Below, piece by piece: positions 1 to 8,098 of a stretch of DNA of 64,000 nucleotides. This DNA comes from Pirellulales bacterium (GTDB lineage: Bacteria; Planctomycetota; Planctomycetia; Pirellulales; Thermoguttaceae): positions 12,616-76,615 of the forward strand of contig JAFGRD010000141.1 of the NCBI GenBank assembly GCA_016935315.1, given 5' to 3'. A model generated the notes under the pieces. That model worked only from the letters and a program-made list of their open reading frames with translations. It did no database searches and was not told the origin of the DNA. The translations under genes and the position numbers were made by a program. Within the stretch, counting starts at the first letter, position 1, and each line of letters opens with the position of its first letter.

Positions 1-2225
1 CCAAACTCCCCCCGAACGTAGAAATAGATGCGGCTGTCGTCGCGGCTCCACAGGGTGTGGTTGATGAAGAGGTCGCGGCCCTTGGTGTCCATCGTGCGCG
101 CCAGGTCGGCGAAGGAGACGAGCAGGCGCTTCTCGCCGGTGGCCATGTCCACGAGGAACACGCCGTCGTTGGCGGGCGCCGCCTCGGCCGAATTCCAGTC
201 GAAGGCGCCGGGATAGCCCGTAACCGGGCGAAGCCGCGCCAAACGTCCATAATTGACCCCGAGGAAATAACCGCCGCACTGGGCGACGCCGGAGTTGCCC
301 AAGGGCGTGTCGTCGAATCGGTATTCGCGGACACGCTTGCGGGCAACGACGTCGTAAACAACGGTGAAGATCTTGTGCGTCTCGGGGTCGCGGTCATTGA
401 AGATCAACTCCCGCGAGGCGGCCGCGGGATTCCAGTAGAACATCGTGCCCTGCTGAGAATTCCACGCACGCGACTCGTCGACCTTTTCGATGCGGTTGCC
501 GTTTTGCGTGTCGATGAGAACGACATCGGCCGGCTCGGCGGGATTCGGCATGCGGTCTTGAAATGAAGTACGCAGGGCGACGATGTAACGGCAATCCCCG
601 CTCCACGGGATGTTCTGCACGTGGCCGATGTAGCCGAAGAAGTGGTGGCTGGGGCCGTGCGTAAGCTGGCGGATTTGCACATGGAACTCGGCTGCCGCGG
701 CGGGAGGCCGACAGAACCGGGCTCCCGTTGGTCGCCCTCGCGCATTGACTGTGCAAGCGTCCATGGAGCCCTGCGCACGTTGCAGGCTGAGGGTTTTTGA
801 AAGGCGTTTGACCACGTCCGGGTGCCGTGCGGAGACGTCCTCGGTTTCGCCGAGGTCGTTTTGAAGGTTGTACAGTTGCGGTTTGAACTGATTCGCTCTG
901 GGGCCTTGATTTCCAGGGGGCTTCCTTCCGGGCCGTGCGAGTGGCACACCCTCGATCCATTTCCACGGCCCACTGCGGATGGCGTAAACGCCGTTGGCAC
1001 TCTGAAACAGCAGGTCTGTGCGCACCGGCTGGTCCGGCGTGCCGATGAAGGTGGACAAGACATTGACGCTGTCCGGCGCGGTGGTGGTGCGGTCGAGATG
1101 GGTTTCCCCGACTGCGGCCGCCACCGTCGCAAAGATGTCCACCACGCCGATCATCTGGTCGCTGGTGCTGCCGGCGGGGATTCTGTCGGGCCACCGCGCG
1201 ATGAACGGCACACGGAAACCGCCGTCCCACACGTCGTGTTTTCCGCCACGCAGCGCGCCGTTGATCTTCAGCCCGGCGTCCATGGCCTGCTTCTGCGTGT
1301 TGCTCTTGCTGCGCTCGGCGACCACGCCGCCGTTGTCGCTGGTGAAGATGACCAGCGTGTTCTCGACAGCCTCGATGTTCTCCAGCGCGCCCAGGATGCG
1401 GCCGACGCTGAGATCGAGGTCATGGATGAAATCACCGTAGGGGCCGGCTGGACTGGTGCCGCTGGTCCGTGCCGACGGCGTGACAAGTTCATGCACCGCC
1501 ACCGGAGCAAAGTAGAGAAAGAACGGCGCACTTTGCCCCTGCTGCTTCTCCAGCCACGCCACGGCGCGATCGGTCAGCTGTTCCATTGTCTTCGGGTCGT
1601 CGCGCTCGGGTGCATCGAGGCCGAGCTTGCCGGGGGACGGCGTGAGTTTATCCGACCGCAGGCCGAAGACCTTGTGATTCTCGACGAACACGCGCGTGAT
1701 GTCGTTGTGGTTTTGCGGCACGGCGAACTGATAGTCGAAACCGAGTTCCAACGGGCCTGGCTTCAGTTCCTTGGTATAATCCACGCGGCTTTCCGTCCCG
1801 TATCCGAGGTGCCACTTGCCCACCATCGCCGTGGCGTAGCCATGTTTCCCAAGCAGCGAGGCAATCGTCGGGCGGCTGGTCTCGATCAGCAGCGGGTCCA
1901 TTGTGTTCGCCACGCCGCCGTGATTCAGCCGGGTCCGCCAGCAGTAGCGGCCGGTCAACAGGGCATAACGCGTCGGCGTGCAGACCGACGACGGCGTGCT
2001 GGCGTCCGTGAACCGGCGGCCTTCGCGGGCAAGGCGGTCAAGGTTCGGCGTGCGGATGAGCCCCGGGGCCGCGCCGTAACAGCCGGCGCTGCCGTAGCCG
2101 TAGTCGTCGCTGAGGATGATCACAATGTTGGGCTTGGACGAGTCCGCAGTGGCAGGCGATGTCGCAGATCCGGCCCACACCGCGACGATCGCGAGACAAC
2201 TGGCGATTCGTAGAACGGTCTTCAT
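1..2225 (-). CDS. Sulfatase (N-terminal, formylglycine-dependent) continuing in frame, with no stop, through a repeat-element copy into a C-terminal beta-propeller region (TolB-like or oligogalacturonide-lyase-like). Partial: runs off the window start.
   Basis: Minus-strand ATG at 2225 overlaps the upstream stop (ATGA). Translation gives MKTVLRIASCLAIVAVWAGSATSPATADSSKPNIVIILSDDYGYGSAGCYG...SSVCTPTRYALLTGRY, i.e. a signal peptide and the CxPxR sulfatase signature. The frame is open for 741 codons to position 1. It is absent from the ORF track because no stop occurs inside the window. The C-terminal region reads ...LTHGPSHHFFGYIGHVQNIPWSGDCRYIVAL...LVDMATGEKRLLVSF.... Confidence 0.7.
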   Translation of the reverse strand, partial: MKTVLRIASCLAIVAVWAGSATSPATADSSKPNIVIILSDDYGYGSAGCYGAAPGLIRTPNLDRLAREGRRFTDASTPSSVCTPTRYALLTGRYCWRTRLNHGGVANTMDPLLIETSRPTIASLLGKHGYATAMVGKWHLGYGTESRVDYTKELKPGPLELGFDYQFAVPQNHNDITRVFVENHKVFGLRSDKLTPSPGKLGLDAPERDDPKTMEQLTDRAVAWLEKQQGQSAPFFLYFAPVAVHELVTPSARTSGTSPAGPYGDFIHDLDLSVGRILGALENIEAVENTLVIFTSDNGGVVAERSKSNTQKQAMDAGLKINGALRGGKHDVWDGGFRVPFIARWPDRIPAGSTSDQMIGVVDIFATVAAAVGETHLDRTTTAPDSVNVLSTFIGTPDQPVRTDLLFQSANGVYAIRSGPWKWIEGVPLARPGRKPPGNQGPRANQFKPQLYNLQNDLGETEDVSARHPDVVKRLSKTLSLQRAQGSMDACTVNARGRPTGARFCRPPAAAAEFHVQIRQLTHGPSHHFFGYIGHVQNIPWSGDCRYIVALRTSFQDRMPNPAEPADVVLIDTQNGNRIEKVDESRAWNSQQGTMFYWNPAAASRELIFNDRDPETHKIFTVVYDVVARKRVREYRFDDTPLGNSGVAQCGGYFLGVNYGRLARLRPVTGYPGAFDWNSAEAAPANDGVFLVDMATGEKRLLVSFADLARTMDTKGRDLFINHTLWSRDDSRIYFYVRGEF
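671..763 (-). mobile_element. MITE/REP-like interspersed element, copy A. Its 3' half has diverged. It lies in frame inside the sulfatase/propeller ORF.
   Basis: The plus strand carries the reverse complement of TTGACGCTTGCACAGTCAATGCGCGAGGGCGACCAACGGGAGCCCG...CCTCCCG shared with the copies at 5681, 29346, 31107, 35988, 46409 and 54424. A single base change makes ATGGACGC in place of ATTGACGC. Confidence 0.75.
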
Positions 2226-2514
2226 TTGGCTGCTTTCCTTTTGCGGAGTTTTTTCTTCGACTGCACTTTCTGAAGGCGGTGCCAGTGTTTCTCCGGGCGT
2301 TTTTCATCCCCGAGGCCCGCCCGGCCGTCGAGAATGTCGCCCGGCGACCGCAACCGGCCGTCTGCAGACAATCCATCAAGCGTCCGAAGTCGCGTCCACG
2401 TGATTGCACCATCGGTACTCGCGTGCTGCATGATCGTGAACATCCGGTTTGTTCGGCAAGTGCGTCACCGATACGCTCTGCACCGGAAACGCTAGACCAA
2501 GTGGCGCTGTCCCA

Positions 2515-5511
2515 TTACTTCTCGTCCGGCAGAACCGCCGAGAGTGGCGCGTCGCTAAGTGTGCTGCATGGCGGCATCACGAAGCCCGGCATGTCGGCTC
2601 GGGGCCGGTCTCTGAGCAAGTTCTGTACCGGTACGAACACCGAGAGGAGCTTCTGATAGTCGTCGTCGCCTTTGTCGGCGAAGACGGCCTTGCCGCACGC
2701 CTCGGTGCCACCGGCCGACTTGGCAAGCGGGGCTAACATGAAGTTGTTTCTCTCGGGCTTGAGCATCCGCGTGTAGAACTTTCGGGGCACGCCATTCTCG
2801 TGGCACTCGACACAACGGCCGGAGGCGATTTCGTTGAGAGTCGCATCGAGATCCTCGGGCATCATTCGCCGGCTGCCGAGGTGGCGTTTGTGGTTCGAGG
2901 ACGAGGTGCCGTAGTAGGGCACGTTCAAATCGAGCCAGTTGTAGACGCGGCGGCGATCGGCGTCGGGCACGTTGACCCGGGGCTTGCCGTCTTGGTCCGG
3001 ATGCCCGGTGCGAATGATGTCGGCCAGCAGGCTCGCGGGCGAACCCCAGCGGCGCGGGGCGATCTCCAGCACGTTATGCCCGGAGCCATTGATCGTCCAG
3101 ATCCACTCGGCATAAGGGCTCATGCCGCGCACGGCGTCGCCGCCCGGCCCAACCGGGCTGCCGTGGTGGATCCAGCCGTTCTCGGATTGTGTGCCGGTTC
3201 GTGCCAGAACGTCGTACGAGACGTTGAAGAAGTCCGTCTTATCGCCGGTCAGATCGACGCCGTTGGGCTGGGTGCGCTCGTTGTGGCACTCGATACAATT
3301 CCGGTCCAGCACCGGTTGTACCACGGCGGGGTAGCTGAACCCGACAACCCCCCACTCGGGCGGAATCAGTTCCTGGGGAGTGCCACGCATCCCCGCCCGA
3401 CTGGCGGGGCGCGACACGGCCGCGTTGCGGTCGGCGTGGCAACCGACGCAGCCCTGCACTTCGCCCGGCATCATGTGCGTGAAGCTTCTCATCCGCTGCA
3501 GGGCCCGGCCCTCGGCATCAAGCGCCATGAAATAGATCGGGACCTCGGCGGGGACCTTGAAAGCGGCGGCCCCGTTCTCGTCCACGTCGGCGAAGCCCCA
3601 GAGCTTCTTTGGTGCGTAAGTCGCTCCACACGAGACGACAGGAAACTGGAATCCGAACACCGCGACATTCCGCATGCGTTTCCCGTCGGGTGTCAGGTTG
3701 TTTTGCGGCGAGTGCGTGCTCTTCTCAAGTTCTTGCACCACGGCAATCTGCTTGATCTCGCCCCGCTTCACGTGCGGTTCGAGCCCGTGGTAAACGTCCC
3801 GCATGAAGACCGTGGCCCAGGCCCCCGAAACGCTGCCGTCCTCGGGCAGCACGGCCAACCGATCCATCGTGGCGCCGGCAACCACCGGGGGCGGCGGCGT
3901 CTTGCGAATCGGCTGCGCGCTGTAATAGCCCATGCCGTCTTGCGGAAACAAGAGCGTAATGGCGGTGGTGTCGAAGCCGCGCAGTTGAACGGCTCCGTTG
4001 TTGGCCACGAGGAACTTGTTGTTCCCCACGGCGAACGGTTTTTCGTACGGACCGCGTAGCCCGTTGCCGTAGACCCCGGAAATCCCATAGAGTTCGATCT
4101 CGGGTGTCAGGTTGGTTATGGCCTCCTTGGAGTTGGCACCCTTGGTCGGATCGATCAGGACGATTCCACCCCGACACGGCCCGTTGTGGTTGGTCGCCGT
4201 GGCGACGATCTTGTTCGTCCCGGGAACCGGCTGGGCGTCCATGAACGTACCAGGCGCCAAGACGCGATTGCCAAAGAACCCCGACAGGCCCGTGCCGTCG
4301 GGGTTGATCGCCCAAAGGCTCTGGATGGGGCAGGCGGCCCGATCGACGTATTCCCAGCGGGTAAAGACGATGCGGCCGTCGTTTAGGACCGACGGCGTGA
4401 AGTCCATCAGGTAATTGGCCGAGAGCCGTTTCTGGTCGGTCCCGTCGGCCTTCATGCGATAAACGACCGGCGAGGTGACGACGTAACAATAGGCGTAGGC
4501 GGGTTTGCGGTCGGAGATAAACGCGATGCCGCCATCCGGCAACCAACACGGATCGAGGTTGTTAAACGTGCCTCGCGTCAGTTGCTTCAGGCCGGTGCCG
4601 TCGATGTTGATCGTGAAGACGTGGTAGTTGCTGGCTTCGTCCGCGTAGCGCGAGATGTCTTCGATATGGGCGACCGGGTTGGAACCGACGTGCCCGCCTC
4701 GTCGCATGGCAAAAACCACTTCCTTGCCGTCGTACGACAGATCGGCTGTGGTGATCATGCCTTCGCCGGCGTCGAAGATGCACTTCAACTGGCCGCCGGA
4801 TTCGTTGGGCGAAAAGACGTACAACCCTCCACCGGGGCGAAACCCCTCGACGTGGTAGACGTAAACGTGCGAGATGTCCAGTGGCTTGCGCTTCACCAGC
4901 AGGATGTCCGTGAATCCCAACTTGCCGTCGAGCAATTCGCGCCGCAGCGCCCGAGCCTCGAGCGTCTTCTCCTGCGGCGGAATCCGCATCGCGGCCAACT
5001 GCTTCTCCGTCACCGGCGAGGCGAACACGGCAATCTCCGCTGCTCCCGGGTTCGGCGAGGTGGGATGCGAGGAGAGGAATTCAATGCGAATCTTGGTGAC
5101 CTGCCGTTTCGGGAAATCGATCCTCTGCGGTCCTCGCCGATGCTCCAGGGCGCCCCGCACGGTCGGTTTCTCTTCGTCGTTCAGGTAGACCTCGTAGTCC
5201 TTGAAGGACTCCAGTAACGCGCTGGTCCGGCGGGCGTAGTAGATGATCTGGGCCGCCTCGACCGGTTTGTCCCATTCAAGTGTGAACCACCCCGTCTGCG
5301 TCGCCTTGACCGCCCAGTCGTCGTCCTGAAGGAACTCCGACGGGACGGCGCCGCCGATAGCCATTTCCGCACGAAACTCATTGCTGAACTCGCTGCTGGC
5401 CGAAACCGTCGCCCTAGGCGCCAGGTTGATCGGCTCTGCGGCGTGAATTGCCGTTGTCGCGAGCACGACGATGGCACCATAGAGCGCGCGTGCCGTCCGC
5501 GTCTCGGTCAT
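2515..5511 (-). CDS. Secreted multidomain protein: F5/8-type-C (discoidin)-like N-terminal region, PD40/TolB-like beta-propeller, and a C-terminal c-type cytochrome region with three CxxCH motifs.
   Basis: ORF 2515..5661; the likely start is the internal ATG at 5511 (MTETRTARALYGAIVVLATTAIHAAEP, a signal peptide). NPDGTG-type PD40 repeats are present. Haem motifs: GCVGCHAD, NCIECHNE, RCVECHEN. Confidence 0.8.
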   Translation of the reverse strand: MTETRTARALYGAIVVLATTAIHAAEPINLAPRATVSASSEFSNEFRAEMAIGGAVPSEFLQDDDWAVKATQTGWFTLEWDKPVEAAQIIYYARRTSALLESFKDYEVYLNDEEKPTVRGALEHRRGPQRIDFPKRQVTKIRIEFLSSHPTSPNPGAAEIAVFASPVTEKQLAAMRIPPQEKTLEARALRRELLDGKLGFTDILLVKRKPLDISHVYVYHVEGFRPGGGLYVFSPNESGGQLKCIFDAGEGMITTADLSYDGKEVVFAMRRGGHVGSNPVAHIEDISRYADEASNYHVFTINIDGTGLKQLTRGTFNNLDPCWLPDGGIAFISDRKPAYAYCYVVTSPVVYRMKADGTDQKRLSANYLMDFTPSVLNDGRIVFTRWEYVDRAACPIQSLWAINPDGTGLSGFFGNRVLAPGTFMDAQPVPGTNKIVATATNHNGPCRGGIVLIDPTKGANSKEAITNLTPEIELYGISGVYGNGLRGPYEKPFAVGNNKFLVANNGAVQLRGFDTTAITLLFPQDGMGYYSAQPIRKTPPPPVVAGATMDRLAVLPEDGSVSGAWATVFMRDVYHGLEPHVKRGEIKQIAVVQELEKSTHSPQNNLTPDGKRMRNVAVFGFQFPVVSCGATYAPKKLWGFADVDENGAAAFKVPAEVPIYFMALDAEGRALQRMRSFTHMMPGEVQGCVGCHADRNAAVSRPASRAGMRGTPQELIPPEWGVVGFSYPAVVQPVLDRNCIECHNERTQPNGVDLTGDKTDFFNVSYDVLARTGTQSENGWIHHGSPVGPGGDAVRGMSPYAEWIWTINGSGHNVLEIAPRRWGSPASLLADIIRTGHPDQDGKPRVNVPDADRRRVYNWLDLNVPYYGTSSSNHKRHLGSRRMMPEDLDATLNEIASGRCVECHENGVPRKFYTRMLKPERNNFMLAPLAKSAGGTEACGKAVFADKGDDDYQKLLSVFVPVQNLLRDRPRADMPGFVMPPCSTLSDAPLSAVLPDEK

Positions 5512-5680
5512 TTGTTCGGCTCCCGTCACCATGAAGTTGTGTTGCGGCAGGAAACGGCGGTAGCTACGCTTTGTGCGACACACCCTCCGCACTTGCAGGC
5601 GGCAAGACGCACCCATTCCGCCTCTTCCGTTCCGCTCAAGAACCGCGCACACGCGGAACATGACCTTCAGTATAGTCGTT

Positions 5681-5730
5681 TATTGACGCTTGCACAATCA
5701 ATGCGCGAGGGCGATCACTTGAACGTCAAT
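5681..5730 (+). mobile_element. Truncated copy B of the MITE-like element (5' half only).
   Basis: tattgacgcttgcacaatcaatgcgcgagggcgatcac matches the 5' TIR and first hairpin of the element; the 3' half is missing. Confidence 0.6.
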
Positions 5731-5979
5731 CTGATGCCACCAGTCGTCACCGTAGTCGAACCAATAGCCGAAGGGCTGGTCGACCTCGAAGATAACGTGG
5801 TGCCGATCTCCAAGCGTCTGATCGCTGCGGATCTGGATCGTCCGGCTGGTCTCCTTGCCGGCGAACTTCTGCGGCACCGGCCCGCCGATTCGAGACACCT
5901 CAAACGTGTACAGCCGGGTCTCTGTTGTCCAGCCGGCTCGCTGCGGATCGAAGACCGCCGCTGCCTCGCATTCGTCATC
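5698..5979 (-). pseudogene. Remnant of a plasmid pRiA4b ORF-3-like (PRiA4_ORF3) domain protein. Only the C-terminal part is present and there is no ATG.
   Basis: The frame opens immediately after the methyltransferase stop. It reads ...RLYTFEVSRIGGPVPQKFAGKETSRTIQIRSDQTLGDRHHVIFEVDQPFGYWFDYGDDWWHQIDVQVIALAH. The YxFDYGDDWxHxI block is the family's conserved motif. The first start is GTG at 5898. The stop codon lies inside repeat copy B. Confidence 0.4.
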
Positions 5980-6703
5980 TCATTTTCCGCGAGATGCACA
6001 TTCCCCAGCGCGACGCATCCACAAAAGCCGTCTCCAGGCTCGGATTCGATGTGATTGCCTGGAAGTAGTCGTGCATCATGTGAGCTTGGCCCGAGGAATC
6101 GTGGGCGATAATCAGCCCGCCGGTACGTACCAGCGGCAAGAGTCTGTCGAGATAGTCCGTGAAGCCTTCCTTCTCGGCGTCGAGCAGCAGCAGGTCGATC
6201 GGGCCGGCCAATTTCTTGATGGTCTGGTGTGCGTCTCCCTCGACCAACGTCACCAGGTCTTCGACCTCCGCGCGCTTGAAGTTATCCTTGGCCAAGGCGA
6301 TTCGCGTCGGATTGATCTCATGACTCGTGAGCGTGCCGCCCGTGGACCGCAACGCCAAGGCGAACCACATTGCTGAATAGCCGTTGGCTGTGCCGACTTC
6401 CACGACCTGCTTTGCCCCCAGAGTCTCGGTTAGCATCCTCATCAGCCGGCCATCCTCCGGCAGAATGTTGCCCATCCCGCGCGACTGATTCGCGTACATG
6501 CCTTCCATGACGGCAATGATCTTCTCTTCGGCTGCATCCCTGGGCTTTGGATGGCGCGAAAGGAATTGGCGCGACACTTCCTCCGCCGTCGGGTGCCTCG
6601 CTTGCGCCGTCTTCGCAGGGGCTTGGGCCAGAAGCGACGGAACAAGAAGTCCGAAGGTAACAAGCGTTCCGGTTCCACATGACAACCATCGTGGTACTTG
6701 CAT
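5975..6703 (-). CDS. Class I SAM-dependent O-methyltransferase (caffeoyl-CoA OMT-like, family 3) with a signal peptide.
   Basis: MQVPRWLSCGTGTLVTFGLLVPSLLAQA signal; VVEVGTANGYSAMWFALAL SAM-binding motif; LLLLDAEKEGF...LLPLVRTGGLIIAHD typical of OMT family 3. Confidence 0.8.
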   Translation of the reverse strand: MQVPRWLSCGTGTLVTFGLLVPSLLAQAPAKTAQARHPTAEEVSRQFLSRHPKPRDAAEEKIIAVMEGMYANQSRGMGNILPEDGRLMRMLTETLGAKQVVEVGTANGYSAMWFALALRSTGGTLTSHEINPTRIALAKDNFKRAEVEDLVTLVEGDAHQTIKKLAGPIDLLLLDAEKEGFTDYLDRLLPLVRTGGLIIAHDSSGQAHMMHDYFQAITSNPSLETAFVDASRWGMCISRKMR

Positions 6704-6858
6704 GATTTGCTCCTGTGTTCAAGAATCGATAGCCTCCATCGACGAAGGCACACGACGACGCCTTGGCCCGTAAGACCGCACGCCATCGAGTGTCTACCCA
6801 GCGCCGACAACGCGTCCTTCGTCATTCGCCACTCGCCGTTTCTCCTGGGTCCGCAGCC

Positions 6859-7050
6859 TCACTCGCTGCGGCCCTCAATGATGTCTATGAGCTCGAAGGG
6901 CTGGTCGTAGCCGTTGATCTCCTCTGTATCGACCTCCAGGAAATCGACCAGTGCCTCCTGTTGCTCGTCGTCAAGAAGCTGCAAAACGTTGGCCAAGGTC
7001 GGTGGGTCGAAAATGGAGAATCTCTGCTTCTCTCGGTCGGTATTGGGCAT
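6859..7050 (-). CDS. Hypothetical small acidic protein (63 aa).
   Basis: ORF MPNTDREKQRFSIFDPPTLANVLQLLDDEQQEALVDFLEVDTEEINGYDQPFELIDIIEGRSE. No homology recognised. It lies in a lower-GC stretch. Confidence 0.3.
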   Translation of the reverse strand: MPNTDREKQRFSIFDPPTLANVLQLLDDEQQEALVDFLEVDTEEINGYDQPFELIDIIEGRSE

Positions 7051-7257
7051 GATATGCCCCGGCTACACGAACGACCCGTTGTGCGGTTGGCAATCGTCGT
7101 AAGAACCTGGAGCCCGCCTCTCGCATACACCACACTAATACCACAGCCGCCGCCAATCTGCAACCAGGGCCGGCTGACGATTGACAGGAATCGGTAACCA
7201 AGGGTGATCCAACTCGAATCGGTGCCTCGCATTGGTGTTCGGCCGACCTTCCTAGCC

Positions 7258-7611
7258 TTACGGGATTCGGAAGGCGCGGGCCGGCCCTCTCGCTGTATCA
7301 TGTCCGTTGACGTCTGCTCGTTGCCAACTTGGGGACAGGGCGGCCTGGTTTGGCTCGGCGCAAAGCATCTCAGCATTGTCATCAGGCCAACCCATTGCCA
7401 AGGCAGTAAGCTCAGCGGCGAACGCGCTTTGGCCCTCACGGATCGCGCGCGGCAGCGGATCGCCAAAGGCGTTAACCGCGAGTGCGAAGTGATCCCGAAG
7501 ATTGGGCGTCAGAAGAAGGTCAACGCCTAGTTGCAGGCTTTCTGGATGGATCACGGCTACCCGAGAGCATGTCGATTGCCGGGCGGGCAGCCTTGCTGTT
7601 GCGGGGGCCAA
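7258..7611 (-). CDS. Hypothetical protein, possibly a gene fragment. Third-codon positions are atypical for this genome.
   Basis: ...PNLRDHFALAVNAFGDPLPRAIREGQSAFAAELTALAMGWPDDNAEMLCAEP.... Many A/T-ending codons. A CCTTCC...GGAAGG hairpin follows the stop. Confidence 0.2.
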   Translation of the reverse strand: MAPATARLPARQSTCSRVAVIHPESLQLGVDLLLTPNLRDHFALAVNAFGDPLPRAIREGQSAFAAELTALAMGWPDDNAEMLCAEPNQAALSPSWQRADVNGHDTARGPARAFRIP

Positions 7612-7632
7612 CGTGTACAGTGGCCTTGGACA

Positions 7633-7902
7633 TCACTGGATCCTCCTTGTTCTCTCGATGGCCGGAGACTCGCCATTGGTGACAACGATTCGTGCGGCCG
7701 GAAGCCGGGCGGGCTGGGACTGTTGGCCGGGAGCCGGCACAACCGGCTCACCATCAGCCAATAGGGGCCCGAACCCCGAAATGATCCTGCCGCCTCTCTG
7801 TACCAGCCCCAGGATCTGCCGCCGGACCGTCTCTGGCAGTGTTGCCCACACCTCGATGACAGCCCGCAGATCGGCCTCGATCCGGCCCGCTTTGTGCGCC
7901 AA
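7633..7902 (-). CDS. Hypothetical small protein (89 aa), followed by an overlapping 37-aa ORF (TGATG).
   Basis: MAHKAGRIEADLRAVIEVWATLPETVRRQILGLVQRGG... reads as a natural protein. The codon usage is AT-richer than the surrounding genes. Confidence 0.3.
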   Translation of the reverse strand: MAHKAGRIEADLRAVIEVWATLPETVRRQILGLVQRGGRIISGFGPLLADGEPVVPAPGQQSQPARLPAARIVVTNGESPAIERTRRIQ

Positions 7903-8098
7903 CTGTGCCGGATTCTGCGCCGCCCGTTTCAGAAGGTGCTGTTTTTCCCGAGGCTTTCCGGCTTTCTTCGAGTCCTGCCTCGGCTACCGAGCGGGTCGGA
8001 ACGTGGAGCATTCTCGTGGGTCGAGGGGCGCCGCCTGATCCTGCAACGCAAAACTCGCATACCCTTGATGACAGACTTTTTCCGGGAGATCTAGCCAG

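Noticed and set aside
822-2213. 463-aa plus-strand ORF
   Set aside because: It lies antisense to the sulfatase gene, whose translation shows clear family motifs. This is a typical spurious long ORF in GC-rich DNA.
2800-4059. 419-aa plus-strand ORF
   Set aside because: Antisense to the propeller/cytochrome gene; the translation is Arg/Ala/Gly/Val-rich low-complexity text with no motifs.
5660-5692. ECF-type GGAAC-N16-TCGT promoter-like motif
   Set aside because: It is oriented away from both flanking genes (both are on the minus strand), so it would drive only antisense transcription.
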